Shown piece after piece: positions 38,501 to 46,673 of a stretch of 62,792 bases of DNA. The translations under genes and the position numbers were made by a program. Under the pieces are notes generated by a model, which was not told the DNA's origin, did not search any database, and worked only from the letters and a program-made list of their open reading frames with translations. Numbering within the stretch: the stretch's first letter is position 1; each line of letters starts with the position of its first letter. This DNA comes from Syntrophobacterales bacterium (GTDB lineage: Bacteria; Desulfobacterota; Syntrophia; Syntrophales; UBA8958), in NCBI GenBank assembly GCA_018056545.1, contig JAGPFL010000002.1, positions 1-62,792 on the forward strand. Reading direction: 5' to 3'.

Positions 38501-39964
38501 GTCACAGGGGACGATGAACTCCGAACCCTTGATCTCCACGGGACGGCGTCGGCCGCTGGCATCGGGCTCTCCCAGTTCCATACGGGTACATTCCACCCCC
38601 GTGACCTTACCGTTTTCCCCGACCACCCGTTTGGGGGCCACAAGGAATTCCATCTTGATACCCTCTTCCAGGGCCTCTTCGATCTCTTCGGGGGAGGCGG
38701 GCATCTCCGCCCGGGACCGGCGGTAGAGGATGAAGACGTCCTTGGAGCCGGTGCGGATGGCCGTCCGGACGGCGTCCATGGCGACGTTCCCGCCGCCGAC
38801 CACGGCGACCTTGTCTCCCAGGAAGACCTTTTCGCCCAGGTTGACCCGCTTCAAATAATCCACGCCGTGGATGACCCCCTGCATATCCTCGCCGGGGATG
38901 TTGAGTTTGCTGCTATTGACGGTACCGCAGCCGATGAACACCGCGTCGAAGTCGCTCTGGAGCTTCGCGAAGGGGATGTCCTTGCCCACGGCGGTGTTGA
39001 GATGGATCTTTACCCCCAGATCCTCGATGACCTTGATCTCCGCCTTCAGGACATCTTTGGGAAGGCGGTATTCGGGGATGCCCACGGCGAGCCAGCCGCC
39101 CGCCACGGGGAGGGATTCGAAGACCTCTACGTCGTAGCCCTCGGCGGCCAGATAATAGGCGCAGGTGAGGCCCGCGGGACCGGCGCCCACCACGGCCACC
39201 TTCTTGCCCTTGCTCTCCTTCTTCTCGGGAAGGTAGCGGGTTTCGTCTTTCAGATCCAGATCGGCGACGAAACGCTTCAAGTGCATGATGTCGATGGGCT
39301 CTTCCACCTTGCCCCGCATACACGCCGTCTCGCAGGGGTGGTTGCACACCCGGCCGCAGACGATGGGGAAGGGATTGTCCTTTTTGATGAGCTTCAAGGC
39401 CTCTTTGTATTTCCCGGCGGCGATCAGGGCCACGTAGCCCTGGACGCTGATGTGGGTGGGACAGGCCGCCTTGCAGGGGGAGGTGCCGACCTTGTCGATG
39501 GCATAACCGCTGGGAATCGCCTGGGGAAACTTGCGATAAGTCGCCTGGCGCTCGGAAAGATTCTCGTTGAAATCGGAAGGGACGTTGATGGGGCAGACCT
39601 TGGCGCAGTCGCCGCAGCCCGTGCACTTGTTCAGGTCGATGAACCGGGGGGCCCTGGTCATCTTTACCTTGAATTTTCCCGCCTCCCCTTCCACGGCGTT
39701 GACCGTGCGCCGGGTGAGGATCTCCACATTGGGATGCCGGCCTACCTCCACCAGTTTCGGGGAAAGGATGCAGGCGGAACAATCGTTGGTGGGAAAGGTC
39801 TTGTCGAGCTGGGCCATGACGCCGCCGATACTGATGTCCTTTTCCACCAGATAGACCTTCAGGCCGGAGTTGGCCAGATCCAGGGAAGCCTGAATTCCGG
39901 CGATGCCGGAACCGACCACCATAACTGCACCGATTTTTTCATTGTCATTGATCACGTGAGACAC
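35528..39964 (-). CDS. HdrL-type giant HdrA-like flavoprotein (HdrA module split by a GltD/NfnB-like NAD(P)H module, then a second HdrA module and C-terminal ferredoxin domain)
   Basis: 1478 aa. Three dinucleotide-binding starts are present (VVGSGIAGIQ, VVGAGPAGLT, IIGGGLAGIT). Two HdrA signature regions are present (IQCVGSRDTSCGNSWCSSVCC and IQCVGSRIPERPYCSRYCC). There are multiple 4Fe-4S motifs. Confidence 0.85.
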   Translation of the reverse strand: MSHVINDNEKIGAVMVVGSGIAGIQASLDLANSGLKVYLVEKDISIGGVMAQLDKTFPTNDCSACILSPKLVEVGRHPNVEILTRRTVNAVEGEAGKFKVKMTRAPRFIDLNKCTGCGDCAKVCPINVPSDFNENLSERQATYRKFPQAIPSGYAIDKVGTSPCKAACPTHISVQGYVALIAAGKYKEALKLIKKDNPFPIVCGRVCNHPCETACMRGKVEEPIDIMHLKRFVADLDLKDETRYLPEKKESKGKKVAVVGAGPAGLTCAYYLAAEGYDVEVFESLPVAGGWLAVGIPEYRLPKDVLKAEIKVIEDLGVKIHLNTAVGKDIPFAKLQSDFDAVFIGCGTVNSSKLNIPGEDMQGVIHGVDYLKRVNLGEKVFLGDKVAVVGGGNVAMDAVRTAIRTGSKDVFILYRRSRAEMPASPEEIEEALEEGIKMEFLVAPKRVVGENGKVTGVECTRMELGEPDASGRRRPVEIKGSEFIVPCDALIPAIGQEADLDFVPKESGIAINKWKNFDVDPVTFATTTPGVFAGGDVVTGPATVVKAVYAGKEAAVSIDRYLRGEDVAAGRAKDWTKNLADKADVSKVAKVPRRKYPHMKPEDRRTNFREVGIGFTEEEAVAEAKRCLACGICSECYQCVEACIAGAINHDDTFEEETIEVGAVIAAPGFEVFDARLRGEYGFGIYQNVVTSIQFERILSASGPYFGHVQRISDGREPKKIAFIQCVGSRDTSCGNSWCSSVCCMYATKEAIIGKEHAKELEPTIFFMDIRAHGKDFDRFVNRAKDEYGIRYIRSMPSTIKELQQSKNLLLKYVQEDGSLIEEEFDMVVLSVGLCPPPEAAALAKALGIELEEHGFCKTALENPVETSRSGVFVCGAFGGPKDIPETVMEASGAAACAAGILASRRGTMITEEELPLESDLRGLGPRTGVFVCHCGINIGGVVNVPEVVEYCKTLPNVVFATDNLFTCSQDTAVKMGEVIKEQNLTRVVVASCSPRTHEGLFQENCEKAGLNRYLFEMANIRDQNSWVHMHEPQEATEKAKDLVRMAVAKAQFLKPLKPGQLTVNHATLIIGGGLAGITAALSLADQGYESYIVEKEPVLGGNYRKLYYTLEGLDTRRHLKSLLDRVQASKLIHAYTGAIIKKIEGFIGNYKTTITTRDGEEQFEHGVVIVATGGYELETKEYLYGQSPQVVTQRELEKLIAEKEDKALKARSVTMIQCVGSRIPERPYCSRYCCSEAMKNALKLKELDPTREVTILYRDIRTFGLKEDYYKKARELNVRFIRYDEDRKPEVIQQGDQLSLRVFDPIMNAPVEFKTELLALSVGTVPNPENEEIGKMLKVPTNQDGFFLEAHVKLRPVDFATDGVFMCGMAHAPKLSEDAIVQANAAVSRACTILTKDFIEAEGKTAYVNKERCAACGLCEQNCPFGAISVNVVEACAEVNTVLCKGCGVCTASCRMNAVDLNGFTNEEELEQIYNIF

Positions 39965-40147
39965 CTCAAAAGATGGGTATATGCGGGTTTATATGCAAAA
40001 GCAGTCTTCAACGACGACCTTTTTCCCTATGCTGTTGACGGTTTATAACCGACGGAGCCGCTATCACGATTTGCCGAGCCTGTCAAGGGTAAAAGTAACC
40101 CTTTTCATTTTCCCCGGTTATGCGAACCTCCCGAAACGTTTATCGGT

Positions 40148-40762
40148 TCAGTTCCCCGACCGCTCCTCCTGCTCGCGGCCGCCGGCCAGCCCGGCAATAA
40201 TCTCCCAGAGCGGCTCCCGCCCCTGTCGGGTACGGGCGGAAAACAGCAGAGGCAGTTGCCGGCCCGCCAGGCCGGCCTGCATACCCACCAGGCGGCGGCG
40301 CTCCGCCGCCTGGTGCTTAGAAAGTTTGTCCGCCTTCGTCAGGACAAGCTGCCACGTGATACCCCTCTCCGTAAGCCACTGAAGAAAATCCAGGTCTTCA
40401 TCCCGGAGATCCCGACGGATGTCCGCAATCAGCAGTACGAGGACCAGATTCTTTCTCCCCGCCAGGTAGGATTCCACCATGGGACCCCAACTTTGTCTCA
40501 TCCGCTCCGGGACCCGGGCGAAACCGTATCCCGGCAGATCGACGAAGCAGAACTGCTCGTTGACGACAAAGAAATTCATCGCCTGGGTCCTCCCCGGGGT
40601 ACGGCTGGTCTTGGCCAGATTACCGCGGTTGACCAAGGTGTTGATCAGGCTCGATTTCCCCACATTGGAACGGCCGGCAAAGGCGATTTCCGGCCATTGC
40701 GGCGGCGGATAATGAGTGGCGAGGAGGGCGGTTTTCAGATACCGCGCGGAATTGATCTTCAT
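40148..40762 (-). CDS. engB: ribosome biogenesis GTP-binding protein YsxC/EngB
   Basis: 204 aa with G1 GRSNVGKSS, G3 DLPGYG and G4 TKADK. Confidence 0.9.
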   Translation of the reverse strand: MKINSARYLKTALLATHYPPPQWPEIAFAGRSNVGKSSLINTLVNRGNLAKTSRTPGRTQAMNFFVVNEQFCFVDLPGYGFARVPERMRQSWGPMVESYLAGRKNLVLVLLIADIRRDLRDEDLDFLQWLTERGITWQLVLTKADKLSKHQAAERRRLVGMQAGLAGRQLPLLFSARTRQGREPLWEIIAGLAGGREQEERSGN

Positions 40763-40772
40763 GAAGAAAAAT

Positions 40773-42146
40773 TCAATCCCGCTCGATGGTAATGCCGTAC
40801 TTCTCCAACTTCCGCTCGAAGGTGGGACGGGAAATGCCGAGGATGTCGCATATCTCCCCTTTGGTCTTATGGCTGTTTTCCTTGATGATCCTGCGGATAT
40901 ACTGTTCCTCCACCGCCTCCAGAGTCAGGGGACGGCCGGCATCCGCCGTTTCTTCCTGGCCCTTGTTCACCGCCGTCAAGGCCTCTTCGGAAAGATCGGG
41001 GAAATCGCTCCGGGTGAGCACCTGGCTTTTGGCGACCACCACCGCCCGGGTAAGGAGGTTTTCCAACTCCCGCACATTGCCGGGCCAGCGGTAGTTCATG
41101 AAGACCTCCATCATTTCATCGGATACCCCGATGACCTTTTTATGTAGCTCCCGGTTGATCTTGGTCAACAGATAGTCCACCAGCACCGGCAGATCTTCCC
41201 GCCGCTCCCGGAGAGGGGGGATGCGGATGGAAACGATGTTCAGGCGATAATACAGATCATCCCGGAATTTACCCTCCTTGACCATGCCTTTGAGGTCCTT
41301 GTTGGTGGCGGCGATGATCCGGGCGTTGACCTTGATGGAATCCTTGCCGCCCACCCGTTCGAAGTCCATCTCCTGGAGGACCCGGAGCAATTTCGCCTGG
41401 AGATTCAAAGACATTTCACTGATCTCGTCCAGGAACACCGTGCCGTAGCGGGCCAGCTCGAACTTTCCCAGTTTGCGGGTGATGGCGCCGGTGAAGGATC
41501 CCTTTTCATGACCGAAGAGCTCCGATTCCAGGAGGGTTTCCACAATCGCCGAACAGTTGACGGCGATATAGGGTTCCTCGGGCGAGGTATTGTTGTGGAT
41601 GACCTTGGCGATGAGTTCCTTCCCCGTACCGCTCTCCCCCTGGATGAGAACGGTGGTCCGGCTTTGGGAGACGACGCCGATGGTCTTGAAGATCTCCTTC
41701 ATTTCCTTGGTGTTGCCGATGATATCGCCGACCTTGAAACTCCGGGAAGGCTCGTTGAGGAGACCGCTGATCTTTTTCTCCATCTCTAGGGTTTTCAAGG
41801 CTTTCCGGATGGCCATGTCCAGCTCTTCCACATTGATCGGCTTGTGGATGTAATCGAAGGCGCCCCCCTTCATGGCCTTGATGGTGGAATCCATGTCATG
41901 ATAAGCGGTGATCATGATCACCTTCACGTTTTCGTCCTCGTCCCGGAGATCCTCCAGGACGGTGAAGCCGTCGATGTCGGGAAGGCGGATATCGAGGATG
42001 ACCACATCCGGGGCATGCTTCACAAAGGCATTGAGACCATCCGTTCCCGTAGCGGCGGTATACACCGTATATCCTTCCTCGGTCAGATAGAGATCGAGGC
42101 TCTCCGCAATGGAACTGTCGTCGTCAATCACCAGAATTTTTGCCAT
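40773..42146 (-). CDS. sigma-54-dependent response regulator (NtrC/Fis family)
   Basis: Starts at MAKILVIDDD (ATG 42146). It has a receiver domain and an AAA+ domain with GESGTGKE and GAFTGA. The C-terminal HTH is EICDILGISRPTFERKL. The ORF-track start is too far upstream. Confidence 0.9.
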   Translation of the reverse strand: MAKILVIDDDSSIAESLDLYLTEEGYTVYTAATGTDGLNAFVKHAPDVVILDIRLPDIDGFTVLEDLRDEDENVKVIMITAYHDMDSTIKAMKGGAFDYIHKPINVEELDMAIRKALKTLEMEKKISGLLNEPSRSFKVGDIIGNTKEMKEIFKTIGVVSQSRTTVLIQGESGTGKELIAKVIHNNTSPEEPYIAVNCSAIVETLLESELFGHEKGSFTGAITRKLGKFELARYGTVFLDEISEMSLNLQAKLLRVLQEMDFERVGGKDSIKVNARIIAATNKDLKGMVKEGKFRDDLYYRLNIVSIRIPPLRERREDLPVLVDYLLTKINRELHKKVIGVSDEMMEVFMNYRWPGNVRELENLLTRAVVVAKSQVLTRSDFPDLSEEALTAVNKGQEETADAGRPLTLEAVEEQYIRRIIKENSHKTKGEICDILGISRPTFERKLEKYGITIERD

Positions 42147-42169
42147 GGAGCGCTCCTGATCGTTTCGTC

Positions 42170-44203
42170 CTATTCCTGGAGGGGGAGGGTGATGAGTATT
42201 TTCGTTCCCTCTCCCTTTTTGCTTTCGATCTCGATGTTGCCCCGGTGCAGGTCGATGATCTTCTTGACCTGGGTCATACCCAATCCCGTTCCGTAGCGCT
42301 TTTGCGTAAAAAAGGGATTGAACATGTGGGATATGGTTTCCGCGTCCATCCCGCACCCGTTGTCGACGATCTCCACGACCACGGCATGAGGATCGGCGCC
42401 CAGATCCCGGGCCGAGACATGCAGCCGGCCTCCTTCGCCCATGGCATCGATGGCGTTCCGGAAGATGTTCTGAAAGGCCTGCTCCAGCATAACGCCGTCA
42501 ATAACCGGATGGGGCAGTTCCTCTTCCACCTCGACGACGACGGCGATTTTCTTGTCGGTCACCGCCTTTTCCATCATTTCCAGGGCGTTTTCTATGGTGC
42601 GGCGAAGATCTGTTGGAACCCGTTTCGGTTCTCCCGGCTTGGCATAGATCAGCACGTCGTTCACCAGTTCTTCCAGATGTTCCACCTCCCGCTGGGCGAT
42701 CTTGAAACGTTTCAGATCGTTGCCCGTGGGTTGCAGCCGTTTTTCCAGGATCTGCAGGCTCATTTTGATGGAGGAAAGGGGATTGCGCACCTCATGGGCG
42801 ATACCGGCGGACAGTTGTCCGATGGCCGCCAGCTTCTGGCTTTCATAGTACTTCTTCTCCAGTTCCTTGAACTCGGTGATCTCCCGACGGACCATGACAT
42901 AGCGGTCCTTCTCTCCCTTGAGGGGACAGGGGGTGATGAGATTGAACTGGCGGCTGCCGTCGGCGGCAATCACCTCCATCTCGAAGGGCTTGAAATTCCC
43001 CTTCTTTATCTCTTCCCATTTTTCCAGCAGGAATTCTTTACGGTCGGGCACGTACTCGGTAAAATGCTTGCCCTTGATCTGCGAGGGTTTCATCCCGTCA
43101 CTGCTTCGGTCCCGACTGACGTAGGTGATGATCCCGTCGCTGTTGAGCTCGAAGAGGGTGTCCGGAGAACTTTCCAGGATCGTCTGAATGTAATTGTAGA
43201 GCCCTTCCAATTCCTGGCGGAGCCGGATGTTTTCCTTCAGCTCGTTCTCCAGATTCTCGGCGTATTCCTTCAGATGGTGGGACATTTCCTGTTCCCGGGT
43301 GATGTCCTGCAGGGTCTCCACGGCGGCGATAACCTCTCCCTGGTCGTCGTGGATGGGGGCCGCCAGAAAATACAGATAACGCCCCTTCCCGCCGATATTG
43401 GGATAGAAATCCCAGGCCTCATAGGCGCCCTCGATGATCGGCGATTTCTGCACGTTCTTCTTTCCGTAATACTTCTCCAGACTCTCTATGTCTTTATCGA
43501 CGATGAGATCGGCGATTACCGGACGTTTTTCCGCATAAAAGGGGACGTACTGACGGTCCGTGCCGATGAAATACTTGCCTTCGTAACCGCTCAACTCGGT
43601 GAAGGCCCGGTTCCAGAACATGATCTTGTGATCCCGACCGATGACGAACATGGGAATGGGAGATCCCTCGATGATACCTTCGATGGTTTTCCGCAGCTTG
43701 ATGTTCTTCTCGAGCTCATCACGCATGTTGGCGGCGTATTCCTTCAGACTGAGCTCCATCTCCCTTTCCCGGGTGATGTCCTGAAGGGTTTCGATGGCGG
43801 CGATAATCTCGCCGTTCTCGTCGTAGATGGGTGCCGCCAGAAAATAGAGGTGCCGGTTCTGTCCACCCAGGTCGATGTAAAAATCCCGGGCCTCATAAGC
43901 GCCTGCCACCTTTCTGGATTTTCTGATACGCTTGGTGCCGTAGAACTTTTCCAGACCGCCGATGTCCTGGTCGATGATCAGATCGGCAATCAACGGCCTT
44001 CTCGTGCCATAGAAGGGCATGTAGTGCTTGTCCGTACCGATCATTTCGCCGGCGGCGAAACCGGTGAGTTCCTCGCAGGCCCGGTTCCAGAAGATAACTT
44101 TGTGCTCCTTGTCGATGACAAAGGTGGGGATGGGGGATCCTTCTATGATGCCGACGATGACCTTCCGCTCGCGCAGGAGTTGCTCCTCGGCGGCTTTATT
44201 CAT
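42170..44203 (-). CDS. cytoplasmic multi-PAS sensor histidine kinase
   Basis: Starts at MNKAAEEQ (ATG 44203). No TM segment. Two tandem 158-aa PAS-containing repeats plus a third PAS. H-box is LSAGIAHEVRNPLSSI. HATPase motifs are DNGCGM and GTGLGM. Confidence 0.88.
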   Translation of the reverse strand: MNKAAEEQLLRERKVIVGIIEGSPIPTFVIDKEHKVIFWNRACEELTGFAAGEMIGTDKHYMPFYGTRRPLIADLIIDQDIGGLEKFYGTKRIRKSRKVAGAYEARDFYIDLGGQNRHLYFLAAPIYDENGEIIAAIETLQDITREREMELSLKEYAANMRDELEKNIKLRKTIEGIIEGSPIPMFVIGRDHKIMFWNRAFTELSGYEGKYFIGTDRQYVPFYAEKRPVIADLIVDKDIESLEKYYGKKNVQKSPIIEGAYEAWDFYPNIGGKGRYLYFLAAPIHDDQGEVIAAVETLQDITREQEMSHHLKEYAENLENELKENIRLRQELEGLYNYIQTILESSPDTLFELNSDGIITYVSRDRSSDGMKPSQIKGKHFTEYVPDRKEFLLEKWEEIKKGNFKPFEMEVIAADGSRQFNLITPCPLKGEKDRYVMVRREITEFKELEKKYYESQKLAAIGQLSAGIAHEVRNPLSSIKMSLQILEKRLQPTGNDLKRFKIAQREVEHLEELVNDVLIYAKPGEPKRVPTDLRRTIENALEMMEKAVTDKKIAVVVEVEEELPHPVIDGVMLEQAFQNIFRNAIDAMGEGGRLHVSARDLGADPHAVVVEIVDNGCGMDAETISHMFNPFFTQKRYGTGLGMTQVKKIIDLHRGNIEIESKKGEGTKILITLPLQE

Positions 44204-44378
44204 GTTCCGCTTCCTTCTTTTTCTTGTCCTTGTGCTCCTTGACCGCCATGAGGACATAAACCCCCACCGCGGCGCTGAGGGAGATGATAAGATTGACCAG
44301 ACCGCTTTCGATGCCGATGACCCGCTGACATATCAGCCAGACCACCAAATATGTCACGGCCGTTAAGATTTCTTGCAT
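44196..44378 (-). CDS. small two-TM membrane protein, translationally coupled to the PAS kinase
   Basis: 60 aa reading MQEILTAVTYLVVWLICQRVIG...LIISLSAAVGVYVLMAV plus a Lys-rich tail. AGAGG RBS. Its stop overlaps the kinase ATG (ATGAATAA). Confidence 0.5.
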   Translation of the reverse strand: MQEILTAVTYLVVWLICQRVIGIESGLVNLIISLSAAVGVYVLMAVKEHKDKKKKEAEHE

Positions 44379-44519
44379 TATTAAACCTCTTGACGATATT
44401 ATGCTATAGATGGATCAGGCGATGTTTTGTTGATACTACTTGCCTCCGTCCAAAATTTCAATGAAAAATTATGACGGGATGGTCAATCTCCGGAGGCATG
44501 GGCTATCCCGGATTAGACG

Positions 44520-44552
44520 TTTCATTCAATTTCCGGGACCGATTGAATGAAA
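44520..44552. promoter_or_regulatory. perfect 11-bp inverted repeat, candidate enhancer (UAS) for the sigma-54 activator
   Basis: TTTCATTCAAT-N11-ATTGAATGAAA. It is centred ~125 bp upstream of the -24 element at 44660. A related half-site GTTCAAT follows at 44554-44560. Confidence 0.5.
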
Positions 44553-44607
44553 TGTTCAATGCCCCGGGGCGGAAAAATCGGTTGCCCTTGACGGCGCACA
44601 AAAAATT

Positions 44608-44620
44608 TGTCAAATATTTG
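44608..44620 (+). promoter_or_regulatory. IHF-like site
   Basis: TGTCAAATATTTG has one mismatch to WATCAANNNNTTR. It lies between the palindrome and the -24/-12 element. Confidence 0.3.
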
Positions 44621-44659
44621 TAACTCATTAAGCGGCATGGCGACGGGACTTGACGTCAA

Positions 44660-44675
44660 TGGCATATCTGTTGCA
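44660..44675 (+). promoter_or_regulatory. sigma-54 (-24/-12) promoter
   Basis: TGGCATATCTGTTGCA is a near-perfect match to TGGCAC-N5-TTGCA. It lies ~100 nt upstream of the ATG at 44774. Confidence 0.65.
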
Positions 44676-44773
44676 GTTCCCGGCGCAGTTCAAAACATTT
44701 TTACTTCCCGTGATACATATTCTGTGTTATGGGAGGAAAAATTATAAGCCAAGATACGAAAGGAGAAGAAAAG

Positions 44774-45151
44774 ATGTTAGGGAAATTTGGAAAGAAGTTG
44801 TTAACTCTCATGACGGCAACAGCGGCGGTACTTATGTCCTCCCCGGTCGTTTTTGCTGCGGAAGCTCTCCCCGCTGCCGGCGATTCGTACGTTAAGGTGA
44901 TTTATGCGGTAGGCGCCATGGTCGCCGCCGGATTCGCCATCGGCCTTGGCGCCATCGGCGCCGGCGCCGGTATCGGCAATGCCGCCAATGGGGCCTGTCA
45001 GGCCGTCGGAAGAAACCCCGGGGTTCAGGGTAAGATCATGACCGTGATGCTGGTCGGTATGGCCATGGCGGAATCCGTTTGTATTTATGCCCTGGTTGTG
45101 GCGCTCGTTCTTCTCTATGCCAACCCCTACGTAAAGTACTTTTTGGGTTAA
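44774..45151 (+). CDS. ATP synthase subunit c paralog (copy 2) with N-terminal signal-like extension
   Basis: 125 aa from the ATG at 44774 (AAAGGAGAAG RBS). It reads MLGKFGKKLLTLMTATAAVLMSSPVVFA-AEA, then the c-subunit hairpin GAIGAGAGIGN...GRNPGVQG...MAMAESVCIYALVVALVLLYANP. Confidence 0.8.
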   Translation: MLGKFGKKLLTLMTATAAVLMSSPVVFAAEALPAAGDSYVKVIYAVGAMVAAGFAIGLGAIGAGAGIGNAANGACQAVGRNPGVQGKIMTVMLVGMAMAESVCIYALVVALVLLYANPYVKYFLG

Positions 45152-45202
45152 TCCGACCGATGATATTAACTTCAAAATGAACTACAGTTAGGGGGAAAAA
45201 GA

Positions 45203-46516
45203 ATGTCAGAGAAGAAACAAGATAAGCAGTTTTTCACTGTCGCAAGGGTATTCTTCCTGCTTATCGTAATCCCCTTATCACTGATGGCGATCCTTATCGC
45301 CAATGGGATTTTCAAATTAGGGGTTACAGTTAAAGAACGGGCTGTGACCGTTCTAGACCAGAAATCTCAGGAAGAAATCAAGATTCGTGCCATGAACATT
45401 GCGGATGAAGTGACAAACTTCCTTACGGAACGTAAGAAGGATGTCCTCATCGCCACGATCATCCCGGCCACGGAATCTGCATACAAACAGTTCGTCAACG
45501 ACAATCGCCGCAACATCTGGGTCAAGGATGGCGACAAGCTGAAACAGGTTTCCGTCCCCATTTATACCGAGATGACGCTCATCGACAAAAACGGCCAGGA
45601 GGTCATCAAGATCACCAACGGAGAAATAGCCGCCAAATCGAGGCTCATCAACGTAAGCGTGCCGGCGAACACCATGTACAAGTCGGAAACCTATTTCGCC
45701 TCGGCAAAGGCCTTGAACAAGGGCGATGTCCATGTTTCCCATGTTACGGGCTGGTATGTGAACCGGTCCGAATTTGAAAAGGGAAAGCGTTTCAACGGCG
45801 TTATCCGCTTTGCCACCCCGTTGTACGGTCGGGAAGGCCTGCAAGGTGTCGTGCAGCTGGCGCTTGACTACCGTCATCTCGCCGCCTACACGGACCATGT
45901 GATTCCCACCCAGTCCAACCCGGTGTTCGAAGCGGACGCCTCTACGGGGAATTACGCCTATATGGTGGATAATCGGGGGATTATGATTTCCCATCCCAAC
46001 GATTATCATATCGGCGGGCTTTATCCCGACGGCAATCCGGTGCCGCCCCTTACCGAGCAGACCTCGGCGGCGCTTACGAAAAAGGGGGAAGAGGTACTGA
46101 ACCTGAACCTCATGGGCTTCATCGATCCCAACCTGCCCCTCATTGCCAAGGACGCGGCTACCGGAAAATCGGGCATCAAGACGTATAAGTTCGGGGGCCA
46201 CACGAAATTCGTGGCTTACGCCCCCATCAAGTTCTTCTCCCATGACTATCCGTCGCCGGCTGGGTTCGGTTGGATCGGCATGGGTGTGGATGTGGAAAAA
46301 TTCAATGAAATAGCCACCAAGGCAACCCAGAACATTCAGAAGGAAGCGAAAGCCTGGTCCACCACCATCATCCTGATCCTGGTGATCTCCATCGTGCTGC
46401 TCTTTGCGATCGCCGGGCTGCTGTCCCGAGGCATCACAAGGTCCATCGAGGCCGAGGTGCCGCCCGATGCCCAGGGTGAGGGTCCTTTCTACGATGACGA
46501 AGAAGAGGACAAATAA
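45203..46516 (+). CDS. double-Cache-like periplasmic sensor domain membrane protein without output domain
   Basis: 437 aa. It has an N-terminal TM, a ~340-aa extracytoplasmic region resembling dCache sensor domains, and a second TM. Only ~35 cytoplasmic residues follow, ending in an acidic tail DDEEEDK. Confidence 0.65.
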   Translation: MSEKKQDKQFFTVARVFFLLIVIPLSLMAILIANGIFKLGVTVKERAVTVLDQKSQEEIKIRAMNIADEVTNFLTERKKDVLIATIIPATESAYKQFVNDNRRNIWVKDGDKLKQVSVPIYTEMTLIDKNGQEVIKITNGEIAAKSRLINVSVPANTMYKSETYFASAKALNKGDVHVSHVTGWYVNRSEFEKGKRFNGVIRFATPLYGREGLQGVVQLALDYRHLAAYTDHVIPTQSNPVFEADASTGNYAYMVDNRGIMISHPNDYHIGGLYPDGNPVPPLTEQTSAALTKKGEEVLNLNLMGFIDPNLPLIAKDAATGKSGIKTYKFGGHTKFVAYAPIKFFSHDYPSPAGFGWIGMGVDVEKFNEIATKATQNIQKEAKAWSTTIILILVISIVLLFAIAGLLSRGITRSIEAEVPPDAQGEGPFYDDEEEDK

Positions 46517-46530
46517 TCAACACTGACCGA

Positions 46531-46561
46531 AAAAGGCCGGATTTGATCCGGCCTTTTTTTT
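46531..46561 (+). terminator. rho-independent terminator
   Basis: AAAAGGCCGGA-TTTGA-TCCGGCC followed by TTTTTTTT. Confidence 0.8.
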
Positions 46562-46673
46562 CCCTTCCACCGGGACGAAAATCTTTCCAATTGACTTCAT
46601 TTTTCATTATTGATAAAGGCACCCGTGTCTTTCTTAATGCTTCATTGAACATCTACCTATCAGGAGGAACCCC

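Noticed and set aside
35528-39964. Possible selenocysteine codon in the HdrA-like giant protein (Sec-HdrA exists in related organisms).
   Set aside because: The 1478-codon frame is uninterrupted. Both HdrA signature regions use Cys codons.
35849-40048. 1399-aa ORF on the plus strand. Similar very long ORFs are 14..1573 +, 5235..6980 +, 29526..31064 +, 42140..44242 + and 46653..49211 -.
   Set aside because: They are antisense shadow ORFs of genes with unmistakable motifs (hdrL, kinase/regulator, trpB2, nfnA/flxA, PAS kinase, ppsA). Their products are Gly/Arg/His/Pro/Asp-rich low-complexity strings, as is typical of the opposite strand in high-GC DNA.
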